DNA of 52,494 nt, counting the filler, from Catajapyx aquilonaris (Eukaryota), in NCBI GenBank assembly GCA_000934665.2. It is 2 parts of 2 records of this genome, joined end to end, with 100 filler letters (N's around TTAATTAATTAA, not from the genome) between each part and the next. Parts side by side here need not be neighbours in the genome. Positions count along the whole stretch, not along the records: positions 1 to 26,252 come from KZ539313.1; positions 26,353 to 52,494 come from JYFJ02005245.1. One strand, given 5' to 3'. Both the position numbers and the translations under genes were made by a program. Below the pieces are notes generated by a model. It worked only from the letters and a program-made list of their open reading frames with translations. It was not told the origin of the DNA and did no database searches. Position 1 is the stretch's first letter. Each line of letters begins with the position of its first letter. Below, one piece after another: positions 23,600 to 36,178 of the stretch.

Positions 23600-24168
23600 T
23601 ACTTCCATACGTTTCGTAGTGATTTTATAAAAATTGGTGACGGTCGGTTTCGTACGTAATCAGTGCGATTGTCGTAATGCTGAAATTCTCAACCTGTTAA
23701 TACTGAAAGTAATGAGCATGTACAGATGAGTAAATAAGTACCTGTTCACATAATGGAATTGTGCAATATAAATTAATGAACAATGCAAAATTATTGTACA
23801 CTGCATGCAGTGTACAATAATTATGAACGTGTTGTTGTACTTGAACTGTACTGAAAATCATGTTATTACAAGTACTTTTATGTCTCTAATGAAAGTGCAG
23901 CTTGCGCTGCTCTGTACTTCATGCAATTTTATGATCAAATCCTGTCGTACTGTGAATGTGATAAAATACGGATTGTTACTTAGAAAATGTCGCATTGTAC
24001 GTAACAAAGGCAGCTGAACCCTTTCATTGCATAATGAGCCACAATATTTATTATCGCCATTGTTTTTGTACCGAATTTGCTAAATAAAGAGCCTGTAAAG
24101 TGATGAATCATTTATTAATGAAAAAAAATCCAACTTCCCTCCACCCGGACATGTGCGGATAATCCTGC

Positions 24169-25656
24169 TTAAGACATGTCCATGTCTTCAACCACCCGTA
24201 CGGTCTCCTCCTCCACTTCGACTGGGATTACGCGGGTGGACAATACCGCTGTTGTGCCCTTGGGGTAGCGGTAGCTCCCCTGCCGCCTTCCCTTCTCGTT
24301 TGGAGTCAGATACGGACGGAGAGGCGTGGCTTGGGGAGGATTGGTTCCGTCTTTCATGATGACACACAGATCCACGTTGCTGCCTGATCCCAAATCGTTG
24401 AAGACTCCGGCCAGGATGGCCTCGGACACCAGCTCCTTCCCTTCCTCCAGGCTCATGTTGGGCTTCCATTTGCTCTCAAACACGGCCATGGCAGCCAGCG
24501 ACCCGGATCCCATAGTGGTGTACGGGAGGCTGTCGGTCGACCCATGAGGGTAGATGCAGTAGATGTGCGGTCCACTCGTATCCATTCCGCCCAGGACAAG
24601 GGCCGCCCCGATGTAACCCTGAAGATGTCAATATGTCAGCATCAGGGAGCATAATTATACTACATAAGAGGCGCAAACTTCTGTCGGCGCCTTTGATGTT
24701 CGCGTCTCTCTGTTTGGGGCGTTGCCAAGGCTGGCGGCCATTTTGAAGTGTGGGCAACGCCAACGAGGGATATATAGGGTACAGGCAAAAATAGGGTCCG
24801 CCATCTTTGATGATTGTGGCGGCCATGGCAACTACATGCCAAGAAAACGTTCGAATCAAAGATGGCAGACCCAATTTTTGCCTGTACCCTATTTATACCT
24901 CGTTGGCGTTCCACACACTTCAAAATGGCCGCCAGCCTTGGCAACGCCCCAAACAGAGAGACGCAAAAATCGAATGTTTGCGCCTCGCTCCCTGTCAGCA
25001 TGCTGCAAACCGGTTAACCATGTCAACTGGAGGTTACCTGATATCGGAAGAGCATCTGCTTCAACAGGGTGTTGGCCGTGATGACAGGGACGACACGTCC
25101 GGTGTTGAGACGGTGGAGCTCCAGCTGCGAGGAGATGCTGCGGGTCGTCATCTCGGTGTCGGCTGCTGTACCGGCACCGCAGCAACTGCAACGGCAATAC
25201 TTTACACTCTGTACGTACACCGGTTAGTGTCGGTACGTACTACATGTTGGGTGCCAGGTAGTGAATCTTGTTGCAGTTCTTGTCCGACACTATGGTGTCC
25301 TCGGTCGCACGGGTGTCCGCACCCAGGATGACTCCATTGCTGAATATTATACCAGCGATGGTGGTCCCAGTCTTCACAGCCTTCGGAATAGTGTAGCCTT
25401 TCGACTCCAAAAAAGCATTTCTATGAAACAAAAAAAAAAAAAAATGGAATGTCATTCGAACATGCTGAGTCACTACAAGTCGGCCTGAAATTTGACCCGA
25501 TTAAATAAGCCTCGAACCCGGATTCGACCTGATCCGGACAGACCAAACGTCTATGCGTCTAACGAGTGCAGATTGGCCCCGGGGCGGCCCTTACCTGCGG
25601 CAATTATCGAAGTTGAATCCGCTTCGAGGAATCTCCGGTACCAAAACGGACGCCAT
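24169..25656 (-). CDS. PSMB7: Proteasome subunit beta type-7 (beta2)
   Basis: Exons 25656-25595, 25420-25241, 25185-25038, 24618-24169. Propeptide [10 protein letters not shown]; catalytic [59 protein letters not shown]. Confidence 0.97.
24643..24994. mobile_element. Palindromic MITE in PSMB7 intron 3
   Basis: Termini CAGGGAGC / GCTCCCTG. Long inverted arms at ~24668-24811 and ~24855-24986. 7-bp TSD TCAGCAT at 24636-24642 and 24995-25001. Confidence 0.88.
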
Positions 25657-25770
25657 CTTGAAATATCAACTGGGGAAAAAACAAATGACTGCCGAATCTA
25701 AGATGGCCGCCTGATCGCAACGACTGGATCAAAGATGGCTGACGAATAATGACATCTGAAACAATCATAG

Positions 25771-25889
25771 ATGGTCGCATATCACGTGACTGGATCAAAC
25801 ATGGCCGCATGTCACGTGACTGGATCAAACATGGCCGCATGTCACGTGACTGGATCAAACATGGCCGCATGTCACGTGACTGGATCAAA
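25771..25889. repeat. 30-bp tandem repeat (4 copies) carrying TCACGTGAC E-boxes upstream of PSMB7
   Basis: Unit ATGGCCGCATGTCACGTGACTGGATCAAAC; CACGTG at 25783, 25813, 25843 and 25873. Confidence 0.95.
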
Positions 25890-26252
25890 AAACGAACTTG
25901 TCTATTTGCAAAAAAATCGAGCGGGAAGTTCAAACTGCCTTTTGTAATTGACCACCGGAGTTTATATTTCCGTACAGAGCTGTACAAATAATCACAATGT
26001 TCCTGTAAATAAATTGTTCATACAAAAACCAATCGGGAGCAACTCAAGTGTAAAGCCCTTGCGAGGCGCTTTATTCGCGCTTAGAAGCTTGGATCGCACT
26101 AGATTCGCATCGGGCAAAATTGTCCATGAATGTGCACCAGCCTGGAAATTGCTGCGTGATTTAAATTCCTCGTTAGACTTGTGCGGCACCAGTTTTTTAT
26201 TTAAATTAGCGTGGGAACGGCCTGTGCAGCGGGGATGGTCCGGGAGACGGGG

Positions 26253-26352
26253 NNNNNNNNNNNNNNNNNNNNNNNNNNNNNNNNNNNNNNNNNNNNTTAA
26301 TTAATTAANNNNNNNNNNNNNNNNNNNNNNNNNNNNNNNNNNNNNNNNNNNN
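26253..26352. other. Artificial contig-joining linker (assembly artefact)
   Basis: 44 N + TTAATTAATTAA (stops in all six frames) + 44 N = exactly 100 bp. Confidence 0.92.
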
Positions 26353-29341
26353 CTCCTCCTCCCCCATACCCTCCGCCTCCTCCGCCATGACCTCCCTTAT
26401 GACCGCCTCCATGTCCACTTTCCTCGCTTTCTTCATCATGGCTGAAGTGGTTGAAATAGAGGTACGGCTTGTAGTGGTGGTACTGGATCAACCTGCAACA
26501 CCATCAGGAGGTCATGGGGTATCACAGGCTCAGTTTTCAGATCCACGTAGTCTACTATCTACTGCATGTGTCTCTCCTACTCTGGCATTTTCCCCACCCG
26601 AGAGAATTATGTTTGTCCTATTTTGCAAAACCCCCAGAACCTTCAATAATATTATTATGCCTCCCTGTATTGAATGGTTCCGTTGCAAACTACGTATAGG
26701 CTACAGTGTGGTCCGTAATGATTCCGGCAACGTTCTAGGAAGAATTGCATAGCACCACTACTAGAGGATCACTTTATGCAGAGGTGTCATGTGACGAGAT
26801 AGGTCTAAATGGGCTTCAACACATAAGGTATCAAATATCCTGAGAGATATACGTCCCGTCGAGCGACCTTGAGCTTAAAATATGCACGTATATTATATTA
26901 GTCTACCATGCCAATGTAAAACTGCTACCGGTACCGGTATCTCAGTGGATGTAGAAGTCAATCGCTTAGGCTGTATCAGTGGATATGAGATGGTATAATG
27001 CATAATTAATGCTAATTATCTCGGCAACTGGGTTTTGGAGACCAAATGGTGCGTCTGTCTAAAGTGATCATCTAGGGCCCAGGAACTCGTCATACATAGA
27101 GCATTGTCAGAATTATTACGTAACACCGTGCACATTCGAATACTTATTAGTTTTTAAAATTGACACCATACCCTTTCATTTAGTATGCTATTTGCTTTTA
27201 ACTCCCGCTATTGACTTACTTATTAGCTAATTTTAATGTAATTTTATAAGGAACTATAATTATTAAAGTTCGGTTATGGTTTCTTGCTTATTAATGACAA
27301 CACTGGTGTCGTAGTCCATATAAAAAATGGAATATAAGTAGGCCTGTAACATTCTTTTGCATTTTTCTGAATTTCAGTGCGAGCGGAAATACATGCAGGA
27401 CTACAGGCCGCTATGACTTTCTACACTGGGGAGTTACATAATTTATTAAGTGGATGGATGAACTGATGAATGAATGAATAATATATTGATGAATGGATGA
27501 ATGAATGAATGAATAATATGTTATTGAATGGATGAATGGGTGGATGAATGAATGAATGAATGAATGATGGCTTCTTACTTTCCATGTTGCTGGGTCGAAG
27601 AACCTCCTCTGGACGGCAGGAAAAATGCATGTGATACAGCAATTAGCCCAACAACGACGCTAATATAGATCTGTAAACAAAATGACAATATTAAATTCCT
27701 GCTTGACCTCATAATAGGCAAAACCAGAATATTGTGTCCATGGTCCGATTCACAACTTATAATATTCTCGTATTACTGGTGTTGGTAAGAAAAGAGCGTC
27801 GTTGTTACCTTTTAAGCCGCTGCTTTGGACAAATTGTAGTTATTTACAGAATCAGGCCGAAATAGGAATATGATTTGAATGTGATTGGACATACGGTATG
27901 TGAGAAAATAACAAATAACCCTACCCAACTTATTACGGTGTAAAAGTTCTTGATTACACACAGTTTGCATTATTTTTTTGTCGCCGCCAAGAAAAAAATA
28001 CAAGTAAAACAGTCTTCATTATTATTTTTTTATGTAACACGTTTTAAATCTAAAAATATAAGAGTTCCTCTCGGCCTTTATCCTGAATTGAGGACATCTT
28101 ACTATTTGCCTCTGGTCAAATCCATGTTGTGGTGAAGACGCGTTCTTATGTCAATGTCAATATGTCATTCCAAACTGTTTCTGTGTGCACGTAGCATTCC
28201 CTTCCCCCCTCCCCCACTCTCATATCCCCTAAACTCACAAAACTATATTCTTCTTTGCAGTTCACTTTTGTCAACGTAAAAAACCTTGTCGGAGCAAAGA
28301 CACTTTTCCCCGTCGTGTCCTCTTTCTTCAGAGGCAAGAAGTTTGAATGTTACTTTTTATGAACTCGCTTGGAAGTTAGGAATTGGCACTCCTGCAACTT
28401 TTCACTATGATAATATCGATGGTTAGTCCAGTTTGTAAGAATGCAGTTAGAGTTTGTTGTGTAGTTGACACAAAAACATTCAAACTTGTGACTTGGCATT
28501 GACAATGAACTTATTCAAAAATAAGTCACGTTATATCCATACTAATTAATAATGTAGATAATTTTGAAAAGCCTGTTTAAAAGTGCCTTTTAATGAAGAG
28601 CATTTCAGGAATTAAAATAATGTGGCTTGATTAAACTGCGTTAGAAGCCTTCATAATGTAGCTTGTATGTAGAAAAAACCATATGTAAAGGCAGAGGCCA
28701 TCCACCGGCTTTTCCAAATGCCACCCACTCCGGACAGCCCATGGCTATGATTAGGACGATAAAAATCTCGGCGAGGTGAGGGAGTTGTTGTCCCTTTAGT
28801 ATAATAATTGCCAAGGTGCCAAGTGCCACGCATGACATAATTATAACAACTCTGCCTCTTGCCGGTCGTCTTAACACCTTCACTTATATAGCTGAGGATT
28901 ATCCGGAGTGGGTGGCATTCAGAGTAGACTGTACCTTTATCAAGAGCTAATGCCTTTATATATTTTTCTTTTCTGTAGGCTATAGTTCCAGGCAAACATT
29001 GCATCTCTTTTACCAATCTGATACTATTGCGTGCAGAGGAGTTTAATATTAATACAATGACCACGTATGGAAAAAAAATTCCAAAAAAATTAAGTTGCAC
29101 ATGGAAAAACTAACCATCAGTTAAATTAACATGCCGGATCAAGCCTTAACAACTGCTGGAAAAATAGTCTTCAGTCATTCTAAGTAGTCCACTCTTAGTC
29201 CAAGGTAGTAGAAATGTCTCTTCACACGTCAGAGGACAACGAGTTATTGTCTTTTCACCTAAATACCATTCACTGTTACCCCCAAAAAATAAAGCAAGCA
29301 CTTAGACCCACCAATAGTTTAGTCCAAGTGGACGCAGCCAT
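26353..29341 (-). CDS. Secreted Gly/His/Tyr-rich protein ('FFL' family, copy B; 3' end lost in gap)
   Basis: Exons 29341-29312, 27670-27579, 26492-26353(gap) with GT-AG introns of phase 0 and 2. Product MAASTWTKLLIYISVVVGLIAVSHA|FFLPSRGGSSTQQHGKLIQYHHYKPYLYFNHFSHDEESEESGHGGGHKGGHGGGGGGYGGGG... Confidence 0.8.
27450..27567. repeat. Degenerate (GAAT/GGAT)n microsatellite
   Basis: Direct reading. Confidence 0.85.
28717..28919. mobile_element. Degenerate inverted-repeat element
   Basis: AATGCCACCCACTCCGGA (28717-28734) and TCCGGAGTGGGTGGCATT (28902-28919) form a perfect 18-bp inverted pair. No clear TSD. Confidence 0.4.
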
Positions 29342-29399
29342 CACGCTCGACAGCTACTCCTTCCAGAGCAACCTCAACTCCTCAGCGACTGCTATCACT

Positions 29400-29436
29400 C
29401 TCTGATGCCAAAGCGACCACCTCCGCAACTTTTATA
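29400..29436 (-). promoter_or_regulatory. TATA box and Inr-like site of FFL copy B
   Basis: TATAAAAG (29436-29429) about 31 nt upstream of TCAGAG (29405-29400); ATG at 29341. Confidence 0.7.
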
Positions 29437-30950
29437 CCCCTTTTCTTCACTCAGGATTGAAATCAGCAAGAATGCTTTTTTACCCCCCTTAGAAAAGAAG
29501 GTGGGGTAGGATGGGTGGGGGGTCAGTGGCTGGAACAACCACCAGCTTTTCTCAAGACGGTCATTGGGAGCACAAGAGTTCCGCCACTTGACCGGCCCCG
29601 GGAGTCCACTCTGATTTTTTTTCTTCTTCTTCTATTGCTCTCTCCCTTCCCCCCCCCCCNAATGAAGAAGACGAAGAGGAAGAAGCAGACGGAAAGAGGG
29701 GCGGGGTCCATTCAAAAAGTGGAGATTGGGGTCTGCCACTGAACCGATCAAAAAAGCTTCAGGCTGAAATTCAATATCCAGATACATCAGAGGGAGTTGT
29801 TGCCTTTCACTATCTCCAGGTTTTTTAAAGGTGTTTGGTGATACTTTTTTGGCTTACATTAGCCTAGGTCATCTGATTAGCCCTGGGCTTGCATTATTAG
29901 CAGACAGGAAGTGAAGTTTTGGTGTTTGTCGACAGGTTTTTATAGTTGAGAAAATTCCAGACAACTTTACTATTTACCAGAGTATCCAGACTGGATTTAC
30001 CATATGTGCGGTTTTTTTTTTCTCTCGTGTGGCCGCCAGTCACATATAATGTGGAGTTTCGGGTTCGATTCCCTGTCAGGCCACAATGCCCCAATCACTT
30101 CCAGTATAATATTCCGATGTGATGTCGCCGTTTAAAGAGCCATAAATCACTAACAGTTACAAATGACGACAACAACAGCAATAAGTCTGTTACAAATATG
30201 AAAAAAAAGCTGAACAAAATAATGCATGCAGTCAATCGATCGATCAAATTCACATTATTTTGATGTGAACTTTGTTTTGTTCACGAGCTTCTTTTTTTTT
30301 TAAAAAAAGGGGGGGGGGTGGCCTCATTTTTATTTGGTGCACTTCATAAAAATCCTGTAACTGCACATTGCAATTCTGCAACCCGGAGATTAAAAATATT
30401 AAATGCATAGAAGTAGATTTCTATTATGCACTGTACTGCCAATTAACCTGATATCGAGCGTAGCCATTGCAAAAAAAAGGCTGCTTTTTCGTAAAGAAAG
30501 AAAGAACATTGACTCTTTTTCTGTCACCTACAAAGTGATGATTAATTATATGTCTTAATTACGGCTAATTAGTAGGTAGAATAGGGATGGTTCTCCTTAT
30601 TCCTGTTGCATGTAAGATTGCAGAAAATACTTTGAACCGTTCCTTACAATGAAGACACACTGGTTCAGCGAGTCAAGTACTATGTGTTCTATGCTTTCTT
30701 GCACCTGTCTCAAATTAGCAATGCTTTCTTGGGCTCGGAGTTATAGCACCATTTCTCCTGATTACCGCAGCAATTGTAAGTTTAAAAAAAGGCAGTGGCA
30801 ATACACCTAACAGTTACTTCCCGAAGTTAATGGGAAGTGAAACTTACATTTGGTAATTAATATAAACAATTATTCCTGCTCCTTGATGTTTTCAGAATAC
30901 TGTATAAGCCACTTTGTACAGTACAGTGATGTATCAGTATAGTGTTGTTG

Positions 30951-30954
<4 letters not shown>

Positions 30955-31040
<86 letters not shown>
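30955..31040. repeat. (TAT)n microsatellite
   Basis: Direct reading. Confidence 0.97.
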
Positions 31041-31041
<1 letters not shown>

Positions 31042-34000
31042 GTCTAGTTTATAAACCACGGAAACAAGACCAGTCCATTGGCCACTCTTACTAGGATTTT
31101 AAAAAAAAAAACACCTGATGACAGCTGATTAATTATTTCTTGTATGGTGGAATGCAAGAGAAGTAAAAGTGCATCAATTTCACCCAAGCATCAGCAAACT
31201 GTTGACCTCCGGTTTCTCTTCATTGGCTACAAAAATATCGCTAATTGCTCTCGACTTATTATTATCACATTTTTTATCTGAATATGGACTCTGAGGTGTT
31301 GTTGAACCTCAAAGGTGATCCAGAAGGAGGAGAAAACCAGACACGACTCGTCCCCGTAATAAATTCATTAATCTTTTATAGCCGCGACGAAATATTGACG
31401 AAAAGAAAAGAGAGTGAAATCGTATCAAAAAACTCATCCACACCCTACAAAATAAAAAATAAAAAAGTCAAGACTCTAGAAAAAATTTGCAGGAATTTTC
31501 ATGTCTTCTCAGGTTGCATAGATGACGAAATTGTAATTTGGATAGTGGTTCAGCTTGAATATTTTAAAAATTGGACAGGTTGAGTGTGGGGTGTGGTAAG
31601 GAGGAACTGCCCAGTGTCCAAAAGGGAAAGTCTCCGTAGTATTGGAAATGAAAGGAAGGGTGAAAGTTACGCCTTTTGCAGCTGGACCTTTCCCTTATTC
31701 AGCAGTTTGGGGGAGCTGACAGGTCCTTCACACTAAATCGCGCGTAACTTTTGACTTGCGGTTGAGGAGTCTGATAGTTATACCTGATCATTAAAAGCAA
31801 AGGTGTTTCGTCAAATTCAAGTGCCACTCTGATTCGGTCTGTACATTTTAATAAGGATTATCAGAAAAGTCAAGCATTTGTCATGGCAGTCCCAAAAGGG
31901 GTCACGTAGGAAAGAGTTGTACGTGCATCGGGTGCAGCCTCGTTTTTTTATGCTGTACCTGTAAGTTCAACATACAATTACAATATAAATTATTGTGTGC
32001 ACCAGTTGATGTACAAGTGCGATGTGCAGTTGGAGAACCCATTTAGAAATACTTGTCAGGTCGCCAGGACAACTCTGGCATAATGTTGTACCCCTTTTCT
32101 GCTTTGTAACATACAGGGTGAGATATGGTACAGTACTTTTGAATTTGAATTCCGCAGTGCAAACATGATCATCATGGAAGATAAGACGGTAACATGCTAG
32201 GGTACGGTGTGCATCTGTCTTAGAGAAGTCAAGCTAAACTTGCGCAGAAAGCTTCTATAATATAAGTTACAAGGTGATCCAAAACACTAGTTCGATTGCT
32301 GTTGCGATCTTTTCACACTAAGCTGCTTATTACTATGCAGTTACTGTGGATTGGTTACTTTTAGTGTCAAAAATTGGTTGCTAATATTTGGTTGTGTCTT
32401 AAAATCTGCAAGAATGTGTGGTCTGAACAAAATGGGTTCCACCATAGATTGACCTTCTATACCAATTTCCAATCGGCCATTCAAAATTATAAATCCATTG
32501 CAATTTAGAGGTTGGATAGGTCATTCAATTCAGCATATTATTAGCATCTAATAGTTTTGATGACCACTAAAAGTGGCAATTCCAAATTAATTGATAAATA
32601 ATATGCAGTTTAGTGCGAAAAAATAGCAACAACAATCGGGTAAGTAGCTTACATTGGACCACCCTGTACAGTATATTAATACATACGTGTGTTATTATGC
32701 AGCATTTGTTTTCAGAACTATCCATCACATTGAGTAAAAATTGAATCATAAATAGCGTAATGTATAGTACGTACTTGACGCTTTCTCTTCTATGGCCAAG
32801 TCAGCCTTCCGCTAGAGCAATATTACAGTTCCGTTACAAATCTGCTGGAAAAAAGGGGATCCCACAAAGAATAATGCAATCGTCAAACTTCAAATTCTGA
32901 TATCTCGAAATCACTCAGTTGTGAGCCTGATGCGTTTTCGACCACAATTTTAAGGGCATCATAGGGAACTGAGTGAGAGATAGTGATTGATATATTACAC
33001 CAATTCTACGCACGTAACAGTAGAAAGCCTGCAATAATCATATTATCATATGTGCGCACAGTTTCATTTACATGAGGGGCGAGGAAGCAGCAGATTTGGA
33101 AATTCGACGTTTCGAAATGTGTACCTCCCTATGTCAACGATCTTCAACCTTTTTCTTGACATCGACGATCGACCCCATTGACAGTGTAATGAGCGTACTG
33201 TAGTGTAGATCTTTTTACGGGACGCGTACAGTCAAACTGTCAATTTTTAAAACCATGGCACCGTATCATAGTAATTTGGTATACAGGAACCTAATAAATC
33301 AGCCATTATCCAATAAGTTATACTGTATTACGGTATGTCAATTCTCGGATCACTACTAACACGTGCGCAGTTCGCCGGTTGAAGACCGCCGCTATAGTAT
33401 TTTATCAACTGTCTATTACACAGTGTATCCGGATTGAAAGGTAGGCCTAGTAGAAAAAATGTAATATGGCTATCTGTTTTTGAAAAATATGACGTTTAAA
33501 GTAGCCGACAGTATTTATGTGTACAAAAATGTGATTGGTTACGTCGTGTTGTATAAGTTACACTGGCGATGCGATGGCGCCAATATTAGCCACCTTGATT
33601 TTACTGCTATATACATTTCCATCCGAAACCTCACTTGCAACTTTATAATAATTACGGTACTTTCTTTTAAGACCTCTTTTGCGCATACAGGTTGACGACA
33701 GGCTGCTGTGTTGGGAGGAGTTGTCAATTCGGCTGGAAAAAATAATTACTTGCACTATTTTGTTCAACCACATGTCACAATCATATGCTCAGCCTTTTAC
33801 ACTCGTCATGCCGTCAACGCATGCGACACCACGGACATTATATGCTACGTAAGCAGATTCACTCTCTGCCCATGGTATTATCTTGGACAAAAAGATGACA
33901 CCGTTCCGTTCTGAATAGTGAACTCCTTGAAGCCTACTGAAATAATTATGTATGTAGTGTAATTTATTTTATGTTGTGTAGAAGTTCAACCTTATTTATT

Positions 34001-34748
34001 ACATATTCCTGGAGATACTGAACAGTATTGTCATCATATTAATGGACCGCTATTGATTCTCTAGAAAGGCAATACAATATTAAGGTGCAGGAAATCTGTG
34101 ATTTTTCAAACTAATATCGTTCTCTCAGACGATCTTGACTTTTCATCCTCTTTATGAGAGTAACTTACATTTTAATAAGCAATACGGAAACATCTCATCC
34201 CTCTGAAACAGTTCCTTTTATATTTGGGGAAACCAGAAAAATTATTTCGAAATTAATGTTACAATACGTAGATAATATATACGCAAGGTAGGTCTACACC
34301 GAATTACTGTATGAGAAAATCTACTAGTAGCAACTGCTTTTGTTTTAATACTAGTATTTGACAAAACTAATTGAGGGGTAAGCCGATGATGATAAAAGTA
34401 TTTATAATTTTGCAGATAAGTGCTGTATGCATGTCAACAGAATACACAACACTCAATAATAATGGCAAGGGAATATATTTTCTGCCATGGAGCCAGCTGA
34501 CTACCCCTTCTTTAGGTACAGACACAGTATCGTATAAGGAATGTCGTGACGATTTTCTAAAATCACTATCGGTATAAAAATCAGCGCTTACATACATTCC
34601 TGAAGTCCATTGAAATGTTCAACTGCAATAAAAAGTGGAATAAAAAAACCTTATGTAGATTTACCCTACGAACAGCATTTTATTGAGAGCTTGCGAAAAG
34701 GATAGTGGGCATGAAAACAATTGATCTCCTGAATCTTGGCCAACCCGT

Positions 34749-36110
34749 CTAGTGGTGATGATGGCCATGGCCATAGTGGTGATTGTAGTGCTTGTGGTGG
34801 TGGCCATGGTCCACGTACACGTAGTGAGGATGATGGTGATGGTAGTGATGCACCGTCTTGCTGCCGCCACTGAGTTGGAATAAAATGTTGTAGTTGCATC
34901 CACAATAGTTGTTCACTCAAAGTTATAGACTAGTTGAGAATAAACTAATGTGATTTCAATATTTCCCTAGGCTTTGGCTTGTGATAATCATTCATTTTTT
35001 TACACGCTTGCACTATTTTAGTAGGATTTAACGACCTTTTCTAAACAGGTCCTTCCGCAACTACAGAATTTGAAAGGAACACGCAGCAATTTGCGCATTT
35101 TTTGCCCGATTCATTTTTAACAATCAGTCTGCACAAATCCTAATTTCCCCAATCACGCATGGTGGCCAGCGGGTACTCTATAGCGTTACCCCCAAAACAC
35201 GAGTTGTTAAAACAATTAGAGTAATCAGAAGTCACGCCAGTCACGTACTTGCGACCATCAGAATCGGGCAATAATTTCCGTAACATGAATGCAATTAGGA
35301 AGGGCCTTGGGGAAATGCTTCCAAGCATGACCAGACGCATTATTGAGACTAAAGGAAACATATAAAGTTCAGTCAAGTCTGACCAAAAGCATTTTTGAGA
35401 CCAGGAAAGAAAAGAAGGGTAGGGGGGGAAAAAAAGCACTCGTCAAGAAGAATTAGCACCCATGTCGGCCGCATCTTCACGTGCCAGTAATCAGGGGCTT
35501 AATGAGGACAAGAATTTGGGGAAGAGTCATCAACACTTACCCCTTTTTCCCTCCGCCCAAGAAAAAGGCATCAGACGTGGCCAAGGCGCACAAGAAGAGT
35601 GCCAGGATCAACTGAAAGGGGAGGCCGCCATATCAGCCTTCTATCAGCTTTATTCCCCTTTCTGCCTTCCCAAGGAGAAACACCCTAATTTCAAAACTAG
35701 TAAGGGTGAATGTCGTGTGCATGCATTGCACTAATCCTCTCTGACTCAGGAGGGATTTAATGCAGGACATGCATGCGACTTTCACCCTTACTAGTTTTGC
35801 AGTTAGGGTGTTTCTCCTTGGGATTGCAGCTTTGCCTACAAGGTGGCTCTATTCCGTTATCTGCACGCTTGTCAAGTTCATACAACCGAGCGAGAGGTCG
35901 GACAACATTGGTATCACTGGAATAATATGTTAAGGAAATGGCTTATGTTGGAGTAAGCAGCAGTCACGAAACTGAGAATAAATTTGCTCGAATGATATGC
36001 AAAATTTCGGCTTGTCAATCAACTCCTGTAGAAGCAAGAGTGTGAATATTCCAAATAGTAAATTGAGAAAAAATTGGTATTATACTCACAACCGCCTTAG
36101 CTTCCACCAT
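34749..36110 (-). CDS. Secreted 70-aa histidine-rich peptide precursor ('FFL' family, copy A)
   Basis: Exons 36110-36090 (|GTGAGT), 35611-35541 (TTTCAG| ... |GTAAGT), 34869-34749 (CTCAG| ... TAG), phases 0 and 2. Product MVEAKAVLILALFLCALATSDA|FFLGGGKKGGGSKTVHHYHHHHPHYVYVDHGHHHKHYNHHYGHGHHHH*. TATA box upstream; AATAAA at 34684-34679. Confidence 0.88.
35662..35829. mobile_element. Palindromic MITE in intron 1 of FFL copy A
   Basis: Arm TCCCAAGGAGAAACACCCTAA..AAAACTAGTAAGGGTGAA mirrored at ~35781-35823. CTTT flanks both ends. Confidence 0.8.
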
Positions 36111-36178
36111 TTTACCCCTAGTCTCTGGAACTTCCAGCAAGCTGTTGAGGACCCAAATGGGGGCCCAACCCATGAAGT

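Noticed and set aside
25604..25991. ORFs with LIQSRDMRPC / SRDWIKHGRM repeats
   Set aside because: Translations of the 30-bp promoter repeat.
33100..33150. Penelope-type minimal hammerhead on the minus strand (TTGAAGA...CGAAACGTCG)
   Set aside because: First core base is wrong and stem II does not pair; at best a decayed remnant.
29500..34600. Third FFL-family paralogue between copies A and B
   Set aside because: A manual scan found no signal-peptide exon with AFFL and no His/Gly-rich exon; a profile search would be needed to exclude a pseudogene.
34661..34920. Listed ORFs 34661-34903 and 34666-34920
   Set aside because: Wrong frames over the His-rich exon; the third frame splices in phase to the signal-peptide exon.
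35310..35370. Tc1 transposase C-terminal remnant (SMTRRIIETKG)
   Set aside because: Too short and degraded to delimit an element with confidence.
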